DNA of 64,000 nucleotides from Botryllus schlosseri. Lineage: Eukaryota. A model generated the notes under the pieces. That model worked only from the letters and a program-made list of their open reading frames with translations. It was not told the DNA's origin and searched no databases. Position 1 is the first letter of the stretch; the number at the start of each line of letters is the position of its first letter. A program made the translations under genes and the position numbers. Below are positions 22,421 to 35,100 of the stretch, piece by piece. Location of the stretch: positions 12,400,001 through 12,464,000 of the forward strand of contig CM119384.1 in the NCBI GenBank assembly GCA_051294905.1. Direction: 5' to 3'.

Positions 22421-23121
22421 TCACGTGGCGCGCTTTCCTTCCTCGCACGCGCCGTCGGTGGACAGGCGTGCTTTGGCGGGGTCTTCGCCATCCGCGTTTC
22501 GCGCCCCGTGTGGAGAGTCCCGCACGCGCTGGGGCGCAGCTTCGTTAGGAGGGTGCGGGTAAGGGTACTGGTGACCTTGCGGGACAGCGGGAGGGGAGGA
22601 CGTGGACGGGCTTTTGTTCGCGTTGGACAGCACGCTGTCCGCGCGAGGCGCGCTTTTTCCGCCGTCAGAGTTCGCACGCGCGCTTCCAGCCTCAGGTATA
22701 AAAGCAGACTTGGCTTTTACCTTCTGTCTGGGCGGGGCCGGGCCGGCCGGGTAGATTACAGTGGTGCCGGGCGGCGATTTTTCGGGTTTCCTGCTTTGAT
22801 GCGGCGAGGCCCCTTGCAGATAGTACCGGTCTCGCGCCAGAAACGGCTGCTCGTAAAACCGGGTCGGTGGCTCCTTCGCGTCCGGGTGTGCGGAATAGAG
22901 TCTGCCCGCCGATGCCGCGGCTACAGCCACCGAGTACGGCGGCAGCAAGTGGGCCGGGGCTGGGTCGCGGGCCTCGCCTTTGCCGGCGTGCACTTGCTCG
23001 TACATGGGACCCAGCGCTTTTTTGAAGTGCTCGTCCACGGAGCCGGAAATGTTGACCTTGTTCGAGGCCTCCTTGTAGTCTTTGCCGAGTGACCGCCGGA
23101 AATGCTCCTCCGGATCGTTCT
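22421..23121 (-). CDS. VGLL4: VGLL4 last coding exon with both TDU domains
   Basis: tacag|AG AAC GAT CCG GAG GAG CAT TTC CGG CGG TCA CTC GGC; TDU1 at 23110-23084, TDU2 at 23038-23009. Confidence 0.95.
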
Positions 23122-26100
23122 CTGTAGCGGAGACGAATCGTGATTAGCAACGTCGTGAATCTCTACCCAAGGACATGTGGAAAGTATGTATTCTAGGCAA
23201 CGTGTTGAATAAGAAATGAAAACTATGACACAGAAGCAGAGTTAGTGGTGCGAGCAGGCAAACCCAATTTGAGTACTCCGAAAAATTAAGTACTTCGTTG
23301 CTGACCAAGCCTGGTCCTTACCGACATACCGACAATGTTGTTTGTGGTATTCATGGTGTTTGTCGACTACTATGGTCATTTACACCAAGTCGATATTCCA
23401 TATCTTTGATTACACATCTGCCCATTTCTGGGCTTTTTGTAAGACACCGCTTACGCGGATGAGACGGCAAGGAGGAGCTTAGATAAATCTCCAACACTTA
23501 GGTAGGAATTGTGGAGTCGACCTCGGTATGACTCGAACCCACAACGGCCACAACCGATTTGTGTTGTAGCGGTGGATTCTTCCCACTACGTTATCTCGCC
23601 ACACACACCGACAATAATCGGAATTGAACAACGTTTATTGGACACCGGCGGAGCATGAACTGCCCGCAAATATCCGGCTCTAATTAGGCCTTCATTTATC
23701 CTCAAATCCAACACCGCGAGATTAAAAAGCGAGACTCAAAAACGTGTCGAAAACAGGTGCGGACGTACAGCGAGTCAGCGACAGATACCTAATTAGGATT
23801 TCTACTTCGCACACCAAAAGAGGGCTGTGATTGTTCAAAACAATATTCCGCTCGTATTGCGTTACACAGGGACAGCATGGACAGGCAGGTTCGAATCACA
23901 TTCCTACCACAATATCGCTTACGCTAAACACAGAAAAAATATTACATCCGTCAAGACTAAGCAAACTGCCTGTTCCACCACAGACCATCAGCAACCGCAA
24001 TCATTCAAATTTCGGATAGAGATCGATTCCCGACAACGCGTAATAGCGCCATAATTGACGACAAGGCACTGCGAGTATTTTCCCGCTTCGGGCTAAGAAG
24101 CGCTACTTCCTTTAGTAACTTATTCGACTCCGAAGACAGGCGCCGATTCTTCGAAAGACAAGCAACCGCCCTTGTACCGGGCCGAGACGCGCGCCGTACT
24201 TGTAAGGAACCCCTTTTAAGTATGCGACCGTACCGACTCCGACAGTCAACAGAGCGAATTTATGACACGGCAACAATTTCGTCATTGTTTAAATCGCGAA
24301 AAATCAAAAAGACTTTGGAAATCTGCTCGCCTTTGCCGTGCGCTACGTCACGCGAGAAATAGGTTAGTAACTACCGCGCGAGTCTGCGAGATTACACAGT
24401 ACGATCTCGGAAAAGGGATAGTTATCGAATCAAGCGCTGGTAATTGTAGCTATTCTTGACCGCGCTTCTAAAAAAAGACCTCATGAAGTCTCTTTTATAA
24501 GCTCCATTCCAGTAAGAGTTAAATTATCATCAATGGGAACCACAGTTCTATACAATTTTCCTATTGTGAAAGCCTTCAATCCGCGATTGGTGGTATCACC
24601 TCATACGGAAGTGTAGCAGAAACGTGTAGGCACTATAGAGATGTACGGACCATGGTTTTTCAGGATCCGGACCCTGTTTCCGTCTCAAATGTCGAAATCC
24701 GGATCCAAAAATACCCTGTACAAGGTTGAGCATCTGTTTGTCCCTATAGTCGAAATCTTTCCAATTACACTTCGGCAATGCATTTGAAGCTTGTAGATGA
24801 GGATTTTTTCGAAATAGTGATGCAATGCTGCAGCCGGCCGAGTCCAAGTTGAAAAAAATGGCGCAGTGAACAACAGGAAGTCACTTTCGTGCACTAGAAA
24901 TTTAGAATCTTTCCCAGGGCTGTCACATAGTGCAATAGCCATTAGGTATGGTCGAAGACATACCAAACTATCTTCAATGTCATGGAAACTGGCATAATTT
25001 CCTTTGTGATCGCAGAAAACAGTACACATTTGACCTTTCCACGCTACCCATACTCTCGTAACCTAATAACCGAATGATCGATTCGGAGTCGAAGCACTCA
25101 GATAATGCATTTTGACCAGCCCTCTACACGTACTGTCAAGGTCACTGCTCACTGTCACGTGAGCTTCAAGTTACTGATGAAGATTCCCCATCCGCGACAA
25201 GTGAACACTATCAACGGTAACAGCAACAAAGCCGGCAGGATGTTCGCCGCGGCTTACACAAAACACCCGCAAAACGTGACGCCGCGTCCGATGTAAGCCG
25301 CGTAAACCGCATGCTTTTCGAGAAGGTTTTAACGCTGCGAACGCGGAGGGATGGGCCCGATTTCGAAACGACTTCAAAAGGCAGCGCGATGCCGGCGGAG
25401 GGCTCGCGCGTGTTTACGAGAATTACAGGGCTACGTTCGGGCGGCAGGTGACAGGTGTTGGGCGATGCAGACTCGCCTCACGAGTACGAAATACTCTCCT
25501 ACATGCCACGCGCAACTGACAAAATCGTTTGGGAGTCGCGTAGCTGTGTTTAGATCTCGTTTCGGACGGGGAAAACCTGCGGTTGAGTACGCGCCTCGCC
25601 TTAGAAACGAGAAATCAGTTCAGTAAAGGGCATGGATTGGTATCTGGACATGGGTGGGATTCGAAACACGGACGTCGTCAGTACAGAAGTACTTCTACTT
25701 CACGGTATACTAAAGCAGGATTTGGCTATTTGCACTGCAGCACATACTCCCAAGTGCTCATGATTTCAGAATATTTATATTTCACAGTTTTCAGTTTGTC
25801 TGTCAAAACTAGGCTTCGAAATCATACTTTTTTCAAGTTACTTGAGTAGAAATTTAAGTCCCTTCTACTTGAGCAGCAACGACGGCAACGTTTAGGACCC
25901 GCAGACATCCCGTAACGTGCAGTGATTCAGATCTGGACTTCGAAGGTAATTATGCGAAATATAATCTCAGAGATTTCATCGCACTCTCGAGATAACGTGA
26001 GAGTTACGACCCGCCGCGGCTTTTCCAGACAACAAATCCACCGCAAAAATCGCCGCAAAAATCGCAAACGCGAGACAGCTTGCACACGCAATCAAACCTT

Positions 26101-29100
26101 CTATCGACTTGATTTTCCGTGTTAGCCAGCGAAATCACCCATATAATCGCAGCACACACACACCTATACCCTGTGGGTGCATTTTTGCCTACATTTGTAT
26201 TGAACAGCTTAGACTGGCGATACAAATCAGCACAACGCATTTCGTCACCTACAAATCGCGCAAAGCGCTATACTCGCCCAACAACCTACAACACCATCCC
26301 GGCTGGCGTACGACCGATCGCTATCGCCCGCAACAGCAATAATCCCCACTTTGTTCAAATTCACGGTACAGGGCGGCGGCGCAAAAGACCACCCATTCAC
26401 ATTACCAAAAGCTCTCAAAACAATGACACCACGCTTTTCGAGGCGCACAAATTGCGGGGCGTTTTCGGGGCGGAGGGCAAAACGGACCGATTTAGCGAGG
26501 GTTCGCCGGGTCTCGCGCCTCACGAACAACGGAAACGACAACCGCGTCATTTTCGCGCAATAAACGCCTTGATAATGACGCGCTGGAATTAGGCTTTATC
26601 CGTGCCCTTTTGTAAAGTCTGCGACGGGTCAGGCACAAGTTTACACAGTCGACACGAACGCATCCTGCTCGCGGATTTAGAACCGCTACTCAAACGATGT
26701 CGTGACGTCAATGTCAGTACGGATAATCGACACAACAACATCGAACCTAATATTTCCGAAGGCTTATTAATCTAGCAACAGACAATACATTCACATTGTC
26801 GAGTATATCCCAGTCGACGCATCTCCACTAACTCTCATCAGGAGCTATATCGCTGAGATATTGAAGTTCTGTCTTAATGAGTTCCTAGAGCGAAATGTCA
26901 GTAATCTAATTCTTATCTGATTTTTGGTTTTTATAAAAGGCTACACGAGAACTGCGGTATAGCACGAAAAGATTCTCTGATTTCATATGAACTGTTGTAT
27001 TTCTATCGAATTAGGAGTGTTATTCAATTCGCAAGTTTGTGTGAATTCGGTTACTCTAATTATAATTTAATTAGGAAAAGCTAATTATTTTGTAGTTGGC
27101 ATACTCTGCTGGACGGGGCCCTCTTCAGCTTTGACAGTGAAAGCGGTTAAACAGCAGACGTGGAAATGATAGAGTCGCAGGGTTCACCGATTGCTATTTA
27201 GTGTTGCCGTGTCAATCGTTTTGTGACACATGAATCAGGGCCAGCGCGCATGCGCGAATAGCAAATTCCCGCCCAGTCACACTGTGAATTGCGGCCACCG
27301 CTTGGCATCCGTCAATACGCGACAGACAGCGCCAATCACACAAATCTGCGGACGCGCACCGCCACGCTCTCGTGTTTGCATATCGCTGGATTACAGCCAT
27401 GACATTCTCCGGGTGTCAGCATCGAAAATCAGCTTTCAAAAGATTACAAGAGATAACAGATATTTGCGCGTTGCGCAACGGACGCGACTGGCATATATAC
27501 GGATAGGAATGGAATGCGACATCAAATACCGACAATGGAATCCGTCTGTTATGGTTATTCGGATTCGCTCCGGGCATCGATACAAGAGCTCAAGACGGAA
27601 TGCAAGACAAAGATAACGAATGGAGGCGATCGAAATATCAACTAACACAATTAGTCAACCAGCCCTATAGCTGTGTTGTAAATAATCGGCGACACTAATT
27701 CCACAGCCACCAAGCGAAATGTAGGGGCTTTTTCGTGCTGATTTTCAGCTCCACAACCTGTTTTTCACACGTACTACTTCAAGTTGCGAGTGCGGATATC
27801 AGGTCAGAAAAACAGAAACGAAAAACCACAAATCAAAGTCGATAAAGGGCGCGATTTCCAGCTGCTTTTCTCGCGTGCGAATCGGAATTTACAATATTGG
27901 GCCTGTCCGGCACAGACAGACGCGTGGGCTCAAGTATCGTATCTGTCTCGAACGTCAAGCCTTTCCAAATAGGTGCATTACAAGAATTTCATCGTGATTG
28001 ATGATATCTCAAGGTGTTCACATAATACTGAGCATTGGACCCCAAAAGCGACTCATCCCAGAGAGTTGATTAGTAACAACGTTTTCAGAGTGATCAAGTG
28101 GATTTCAGACAAAACTAGGCATAGAATACTTGATCCTTGGCTTCGGATACTTCTACTAGTAACAGAGTGAAATTTTACGTCCATGCCCAATGACATATGG
28201 CACGAAAACTAGCAAAAAACACCTTTCTTTATCCGACCGGGAAGATTTTAGAAAACAGTCACATACTTCTCGCAACATGCCCAGTAATTTAGCTGCTATC
28301 AGATTTGGATTACACCCAAACGCGCCGCCTCGACCACATCGTGTAGGCGTTATCGCTGCATCTCAAAATAGCAAAAATACGCCATGACGTAAAGTCGCGT
28401 TTCCACTCGTAGCCCGCGGTGTATACGGCGACTTTTCCAGAACGCCTCTATTCCTTTCCGAAAACTGCCGAATCGCAAAGATGCGATCGCGATGTAATGC
28501 CGACCGTGACCTAGCCACGACAATTGCTTTGCAAGAATCGCATTGCATTAGTACTTACGAATTTGGGTATTTACGGGCAAAGCCAACAGCATGCGTTGAA
28601 ATTGCAATTGTACACACTGATGGTCTGAGTTTGTTCGCTGAGTGCCGCTTAACAACTACGACGGGTGTTTTACTTGAAACCGCGTCGAACAGCGAATACA
28701 GAATCAAAAGATACTTAGACGGAGTAGTTCGGTTATGTTAGGGCCCCGAAATTCACCAGTCTTCAGAGTTTAGAGGTACTAAACGACAAAATATCAATTT
28801 GCCATTAGTGACATCTGACTTGTTCCATTTGAAAGGCGTCCAAGTCGCTACTAACATTTGTCGACCGAAGACCTAGCCAGACTTGGACAACTAGATAATT
28901 CTAGTTGTCTAATTTCACTAAATTAGAGCGAAATGCCAGTAATCTAATTCTAATCTAATTTGTGAAATGCTTCCATGCTCTAATTCTAATTCTAATCTAA
29001 TTTGTGAAATGTTCGTATGCTCTAATTCTAATTCTAATCTAATTTGTGAAATGTCCGTATTCTCTAATTCTATTTCTAATCTAATTATTGTTTTCCTGAA

Positions 29101-32100
29101 AATGCCTCTTTGTCCGAGGCATATATTGCACTATTGCAGTGAGTTAAAAAGAATATCCCGCTTTCGCAGGGAAATCCAGTGCCAAGCCGCCATCGCATTA
29201 CTTCTTACACCGTGCAGTCATAGTAGATATTATGACGAATATAGCCTGCTAGAGTAGCTTGTAGTCTGCGAACAGCATTCTAGTTTCTAAAACTTTACGT
29301 TAGTACGTTGCCATTCTGACTAACATGGGCGATGCCCATGGATACCATAAAAGAAGTAATATTTTATTAAAGTATAGTAAAAATCGAGCCAAGCTTGGTG
29401 TACAGAAGTTAACCATTCTCATGTTTATGGGAATGCACTATTGTTGTTGTTTATTAAACAAAAATATGTGGCACCTATCGCCTCACGGCCTTTTGCACCA
29501 CGCACTGTGATTTGATGTGAACTGCATTTTGCTGTATTCATTTCCCATATACAATTTCATTCCATTTCCAAGTTTTTGCGAACTAAGTATAGCTCTAATT
29601 CTAATTCTAATCTAATCTGGAAAAGGCTTAGTAGCTCTAATTCTAATTCTAATCTAATTTGAAAAAGCTGTGTAGCTCTAATTCTAATTCTAATCTAATT
29701 TGGAAAAACTGTGCAGCTCTAATTCTAATTCTAATCTAGTTTGAAAAAAACTGTGGAGCTCTAATTCTAATTCTAATCTAATTCAGAAAAGCTGAAAATT
29801 TTCTAGTTGTCCAAGTCTGCACAACACGGCGGCCCTAAACCTCGCGTCCTTACGTCAGCCGCTACTGTAATTACGACGGGAATTTACATTCTCAATAACA
29901 CTTGAAATCAACACGATGTGTTCCGAGCGCAAGATGCAAAACCCGCGACTAGTCACGGCCGAAAAAAACTCATTCAAAGATGCAAAGGTGTGAAATTCCT
30001 AGAATCGTACCGGAACGCAATCCCGTTTGAATGACGCGAACGCATCTCGCATTCCGCGACAAGACACCGCGATACGCACCTACTTGCACTTTATTAATAA
30101 CAGACGACTGCCATAACAAGGCTAATTATGTCGTCATAACAGCCGACCCGCGGTTTGGTCCGCACAATGGTTTCAAAGCAGCGATTAAACGTGGTAAGCG
30201 AAAATAGCGCACGAGACAGTTAGCGGACTTTCAATTCGTGCAGTTAGCGCAACGCCGACGGCCTAATTTTAAACGGTTTGCTCGCGCGCGTAATCGGATT
30301 CGCGACAACACTGGTGCAACACGGAATTGTCGCGGATTTATCGATGCCTTGGCGGGCTTACTACGCGACTAAAACGAGCGGGTCAGAGACGGGTTCAACT
30401 AATCGCGGCAGCGTGTGGAAAACATTCATCATCATCGACTCGTCGTAACAAAACATCAGAGATTAGCACGTATTTATAAAGTGAAATTGGATATTGAATA
30501 TCTAACAAATAACAATTTTCATGCGTCTTTTGTATACATTCCAGTTCCAGACATTACCGGATTTTCACTTGGATTTGGACAGTGGACACGACATGAAATC
30601 ATTCTGAGTTTGATTTAAAAATGGATTGTATGTCAAATCCCATTTAAAAACATGAAATCAGCCAATCATGTTTGCAAAATATCGATTGCCGTAAAAACCA
30701 GGGAGGCGTTATCGGGGTGATTCCGCCGACGAGTGCGTAATATCAAGATTATCTTCAACTACACGCTATACTGCGAGATAAAGCATCCGCTAAAGCTAAA
30801 AGGCCTTTCAATACCAACTGTCCTACCATTCCATACATTGCCATTAACCTATACACGAAGACCAGCATTTATTCTCGATAAAGGCCACGAAATAAGGACT
30901 ACCTCCAACCATTAACGACTTGTACGCTTGCATATATCTGTACTGTTTTCAAAGTCTTATCCGAATCACATCCGCTTGATTAAACCCGAACGGAAATCAA
31001 TTACGCGCTTAGTTAGTTGGCAAACAGGTCATTCTAACAGTCGCAAATGCACATAAACACATATAATTTACTACCGTGTCATGTTAGGAGAAACAAAAGC
31101 AAATGGGCCTGTGTAATTAGGGCATTAGGCAGTTCCCGTAAATCAACTCTGCATTGAAACTTCCATGCAGCAACCGCACAGTCGCACACGCATCGATTTG
31201 ACGCGAAGTCGAAAATTGCGGGCGATACGTAAACGCGCGAAAGATACGCGTGCTCAGAGTGCCTTCGTTGAAAAACTAAGGCGGGCACACATCTGTAATG
31301 AAGTGGGGATAGCTTTTCAGCAGATCGAGTGCCATTACATCATCGATTACTCATAGCTAGCCAAACAAAGAGCGGGTTGGAAAATCCGACTGCAAAACGT
31401 TATCCTAAATAACGGATCGCGGTAAGCTTTCAATGGTAGGCCGTGTGTGCTTTCAGAAAGCCATGAAACGTGACGTGGAAATCTTCGTTTTACTACACGC
31501 AATAATGGCAGAGGCGATACATACAAGACGTGCGAATGAAGAAAAGTGGGGCCGGTCTAGTTGCGACATAAAAGCTCCGTCGAAGCATCAAAGAAGCCCC
31601 AACCGATTCGATTCAACTTGTCATGGTATATATGTAATAAAACGGAAGCGGGAACAGTCAAGCTTGGCTCTGATTTTATCAAAGACAAACACCGCAGCGA
31701 TAAATATGAACGATTGTGAATCTGGACAGCGCATGCGAAAAATAGCCGTTAAACACCAACGCAAATAACCACATCTTGTATGTCCTCATTGGTAATTAGT
31801 AGGGCTGGGCAAAATCGAGTACCTGAGTGATTCGATTCTGAATCACGTATTATGCTTCGAGTCGAGTCGAGTATTCGAGTATCACTCATTATGACGTCAC
31901 AGTAAAATGTAGTATGTCAAAGTTCAAATATGCACCTTTTATGCCACCGCAAAGAATATAATGTAGATTATCCATCACATTGAAGATACTTCGGTATTTC
32001 TCCGACCCTATCGCTTTCATTGCACTTTGTGACAATGTCGTGGGAGGATCATGACTTCGGAAATATTTTTTTTTCAGTAACCTTAGTAGCTTTGTACTAT

Positions 32101-35100
32101 ATGTTTCGTATGCTGCAATATGGCAAATCAAGGTTTCAAGGCTTCCGCAGTGGAAAATAGTATCAAAACCATAATTCTCGTTGATAGAATAACTTTCAGT
32201 AGCGAGGAGCGTATAATTTCAGTACTCGAAAAAATCGTCTTTTGCTACTCGACTCGAATCATGAAAATACTTACTCGATTCAGATTCGAGTACTCGAATC
32301 ATTGTGCCCAGCCCTAGTAATTAGCTTGATGTTGCGCGGACTGACATGCACAATTGCACACACACACATAGTGACATCTACACCATACTCTAACAGACTA
32401 ACTCGATTAGGGGCGTGGATACCGCACCCTGATTCGAATCGCATGTATTTCGACTTTGCCCATCCACGGTGACCAGAATAGCAGCTTGGGGGGGGGGTAG
32501 AATTGCCCCGCTGATTTCACATATCCATTATTTGCCGTATGGTAACTTTTAATACTATTAATGACTGATCCCCCGTTATCGTCCTATTAACACTGTTGCC
32601 TTATTTGGCCAGGGATTACTACCAACTTTTGAAACTATCAAGTAGAATTGAAAAGTGTGATCATACTAAAATAATCCCGAACATTTTAGGCTGACACTCG
32701 TCAGGAGTAATCGTCAGCTATAACAGTGAATTTGAAAGAACATTGTGTATATTCTTAAGTAGTCTTAAATTATAATAGAACGTTGTATATTTTTGTCCTT
32801 TTTTTTGGCATATACAACACCGACTCGTGATATACAAACACACGATCTGTGTATATGCCTCTGGACAGAGAAAGTGCAGATATAGCCTTGTACGGCTTTT
32901 CAAGTCTTGCACCATCCTGCACGCTATCCTGCTAATGCTGAGCGCCAAGAGGGGAACCCATGGATACAAGTGTTACTAATCAGTTTTTGGTGTGACCCGG
33001 CCGGGGATTGAACCACGACCTACCGATCAAGAAGCCGGACGCTCCACCATTACGCTATCTTCTCGGTATATCTTGTTTAATAACCGCTTCAGCGAGTGGT
33101 GCGATTAAGCATAGTACTTGGGTACTCCATTACTGACCGCCTCTGGTTCGATTGGACGACCCTCTCGCACGCACACAATCCAAACCGCACATCCGTCGCG
33201 CAAATCTCATTCCGCACCGCCGCACTTTCAGACGATCATATCACATCCTCCAAGCGTTATGTCTTACACGCCTGGGCCGCACCAAGTTTATTTTGCGGCC
33301 GCGAGCTATTTTTCGATCCCGCCAGAGATTACACCGGGCAAGAGACGACACCGTCTAACAAAACTATGCAGCGATCCGAAAGCCGATTACAATCGCGATT
33401 CGATTGTGTACCGTACGCGGATTAAAGTCGGCTTGGCATCATGTTTAGACCGGCGCAGCGCTGAAGACTGTAAAAACCGCCTTTCTGCTTAGCGTGGGTC
33501 TTCGCGTATACGTGTTGGTCGGGCGAAATAATCCAAGATGTAGCGGAAGACTTTGTTTCAAACAGAAGATCTCCGAGTACGGACACGGACACGTCATCTT
33601 CGAGTCGGTATTGAAGGCATGCGTACAATAACATATCGCTAACAACGTGCATCACAGTACGTTTCCCTATTGCTACTAAAACAAGGACTGGCGAAAGCGA
33701 ACCGCAACATGAAATCCGTACCCGAGTAGAATCGGATCGGGTCACACAAATCAGACATGAAATATTGTGTGTATGTGTATTGTGTATGCTAGCGTGCGTC
33801 ATCGCTCCAAGTTTCAATGGGCAAGTACCCAAATGTGAAACTAGTAATAATTCTAATGATTAGAGAGATTATTATTTCGAGTAAGCTACTGAAATTACGC
33901 GCTCCATACCACTTAGTTGATTTATAAACGAAAATTGTAGTTTCAATACTATTTTCCACTGGGGAAGTCTTGGAAACCTCGATCGGTAGTATCACACCAC
34001 ACGAAACAGGTAGTACAAAGCTAGGCACGTTAGCGGAAATGACATATCCGTGAAGTCGCTGCAATGCCAAAAAGTGCGATGAAATGGTCATGGTCGAACT
34101 GGCTCTACATTCTTTCGGGTCACATAAGAGGTACATATATGAACTGTCTCACTACACGATCGCGCCCAGCCCTGCTCGTAACATGGTTTTCGCAGTTGAA
34201 TCTCTACGAATCGTGTGATTCCAGAAACAGCGATTTGTATCGCCCATCCCTAACGAGGCGCCGTGTAACGACAATAATAATCCAGCGTGATACCGCAAGA
34301 GAAATGGCCCGATGATTGTCATCAACACATTCGCACAGCAACAATACACGAACCGCACGCGTGTCACCTATCACTTTTTCGACACGTAAGCAAAAACACC
34401 CGGCTTAGAGCTCAATTACGTCACGCGTCGTCAATAGAAGTAACTCTCCCCCAACCACCGAAAACCGGGCGGTTACATTCCCTCACCTCAAATGAATTCG
34501 GTCGCTTCAGAAGCACTAATTGCGCGGGAGATTTATTACCGCTATATTCGGCGGGCCTAATTCAATTCGACTCTATGTGCGCTCTAAATCTGATTTCAGG
34601 CAGATTTTAAATATCGATTGCGAGTTACCGGCTACCATCAACGGTAGCTCGCAGTTGTTTTCCGAAGAATGATATGTACCGACTAATTACTATTATCACT
34701 GATGACGTCATAGCAGTACCCAGTACGGATGATTTGGAAAGTTCATGTATGCGTCTCTTACGCAACCGCAATTAACGCCGGTCACACACCACATTAAAGG
34801 TAATTTGGTGTCATTTCGACGATACTAATTTCGTAACGCTTCGAGACAATGCCGCGGGTTGATAGTTAGGCCTACTTCACAGAAATGGCTGTCACTAACC
34901 AAGGCTGTCACGGTGCGAAGAAAGTATCGAAACTAGGATTTTCGTAGTCGAAAATTTCGCCTCCGAGGTAACAAAATTGATACTCGATACTGATGGAAAT
35001 GTCCTGTTATCAAAGGACACGCGTCTACTATTATAACCACTACCGTAGTATGCGATAATCCTATGAGCGGCCTTTAGGTGCTTTTAATTACAGCGTTCCA

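Noticed and set aside
21823-22677. 284-aa alternative-frame minus-strand ORF overlapping the VGLL4 last exon and 3' UTR
   Set aside because: GC-rich exon plus an A-poor UTR strand explains the lack of stops; no recognisable motif and no acceptor leading into this frame.
22400-23092. 230-aa plus-strand ORF, and similar ones at 44968-45447, 45716-46192, 38503-39029 and 36311-36592
   Set aside because: Antisense shadows of GC-rich VGLL4 exons; Arg/Gly/Ala-rich with no splice support.
29593-29783. CRISPR-like repeat-spacer pattern
   Set aside because: Linkers are only 16-17 nt and resemble each other, the array lies inside a TIR element in a eukaryotic intron, and there are no cas genes.
33000-33066. 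tRNA gene candidates here and at 23525-23600
   Set aside because: A and B boxes are present but there is no complete cloverleaf, and each continues into a repeat body, so they are SINE heads.
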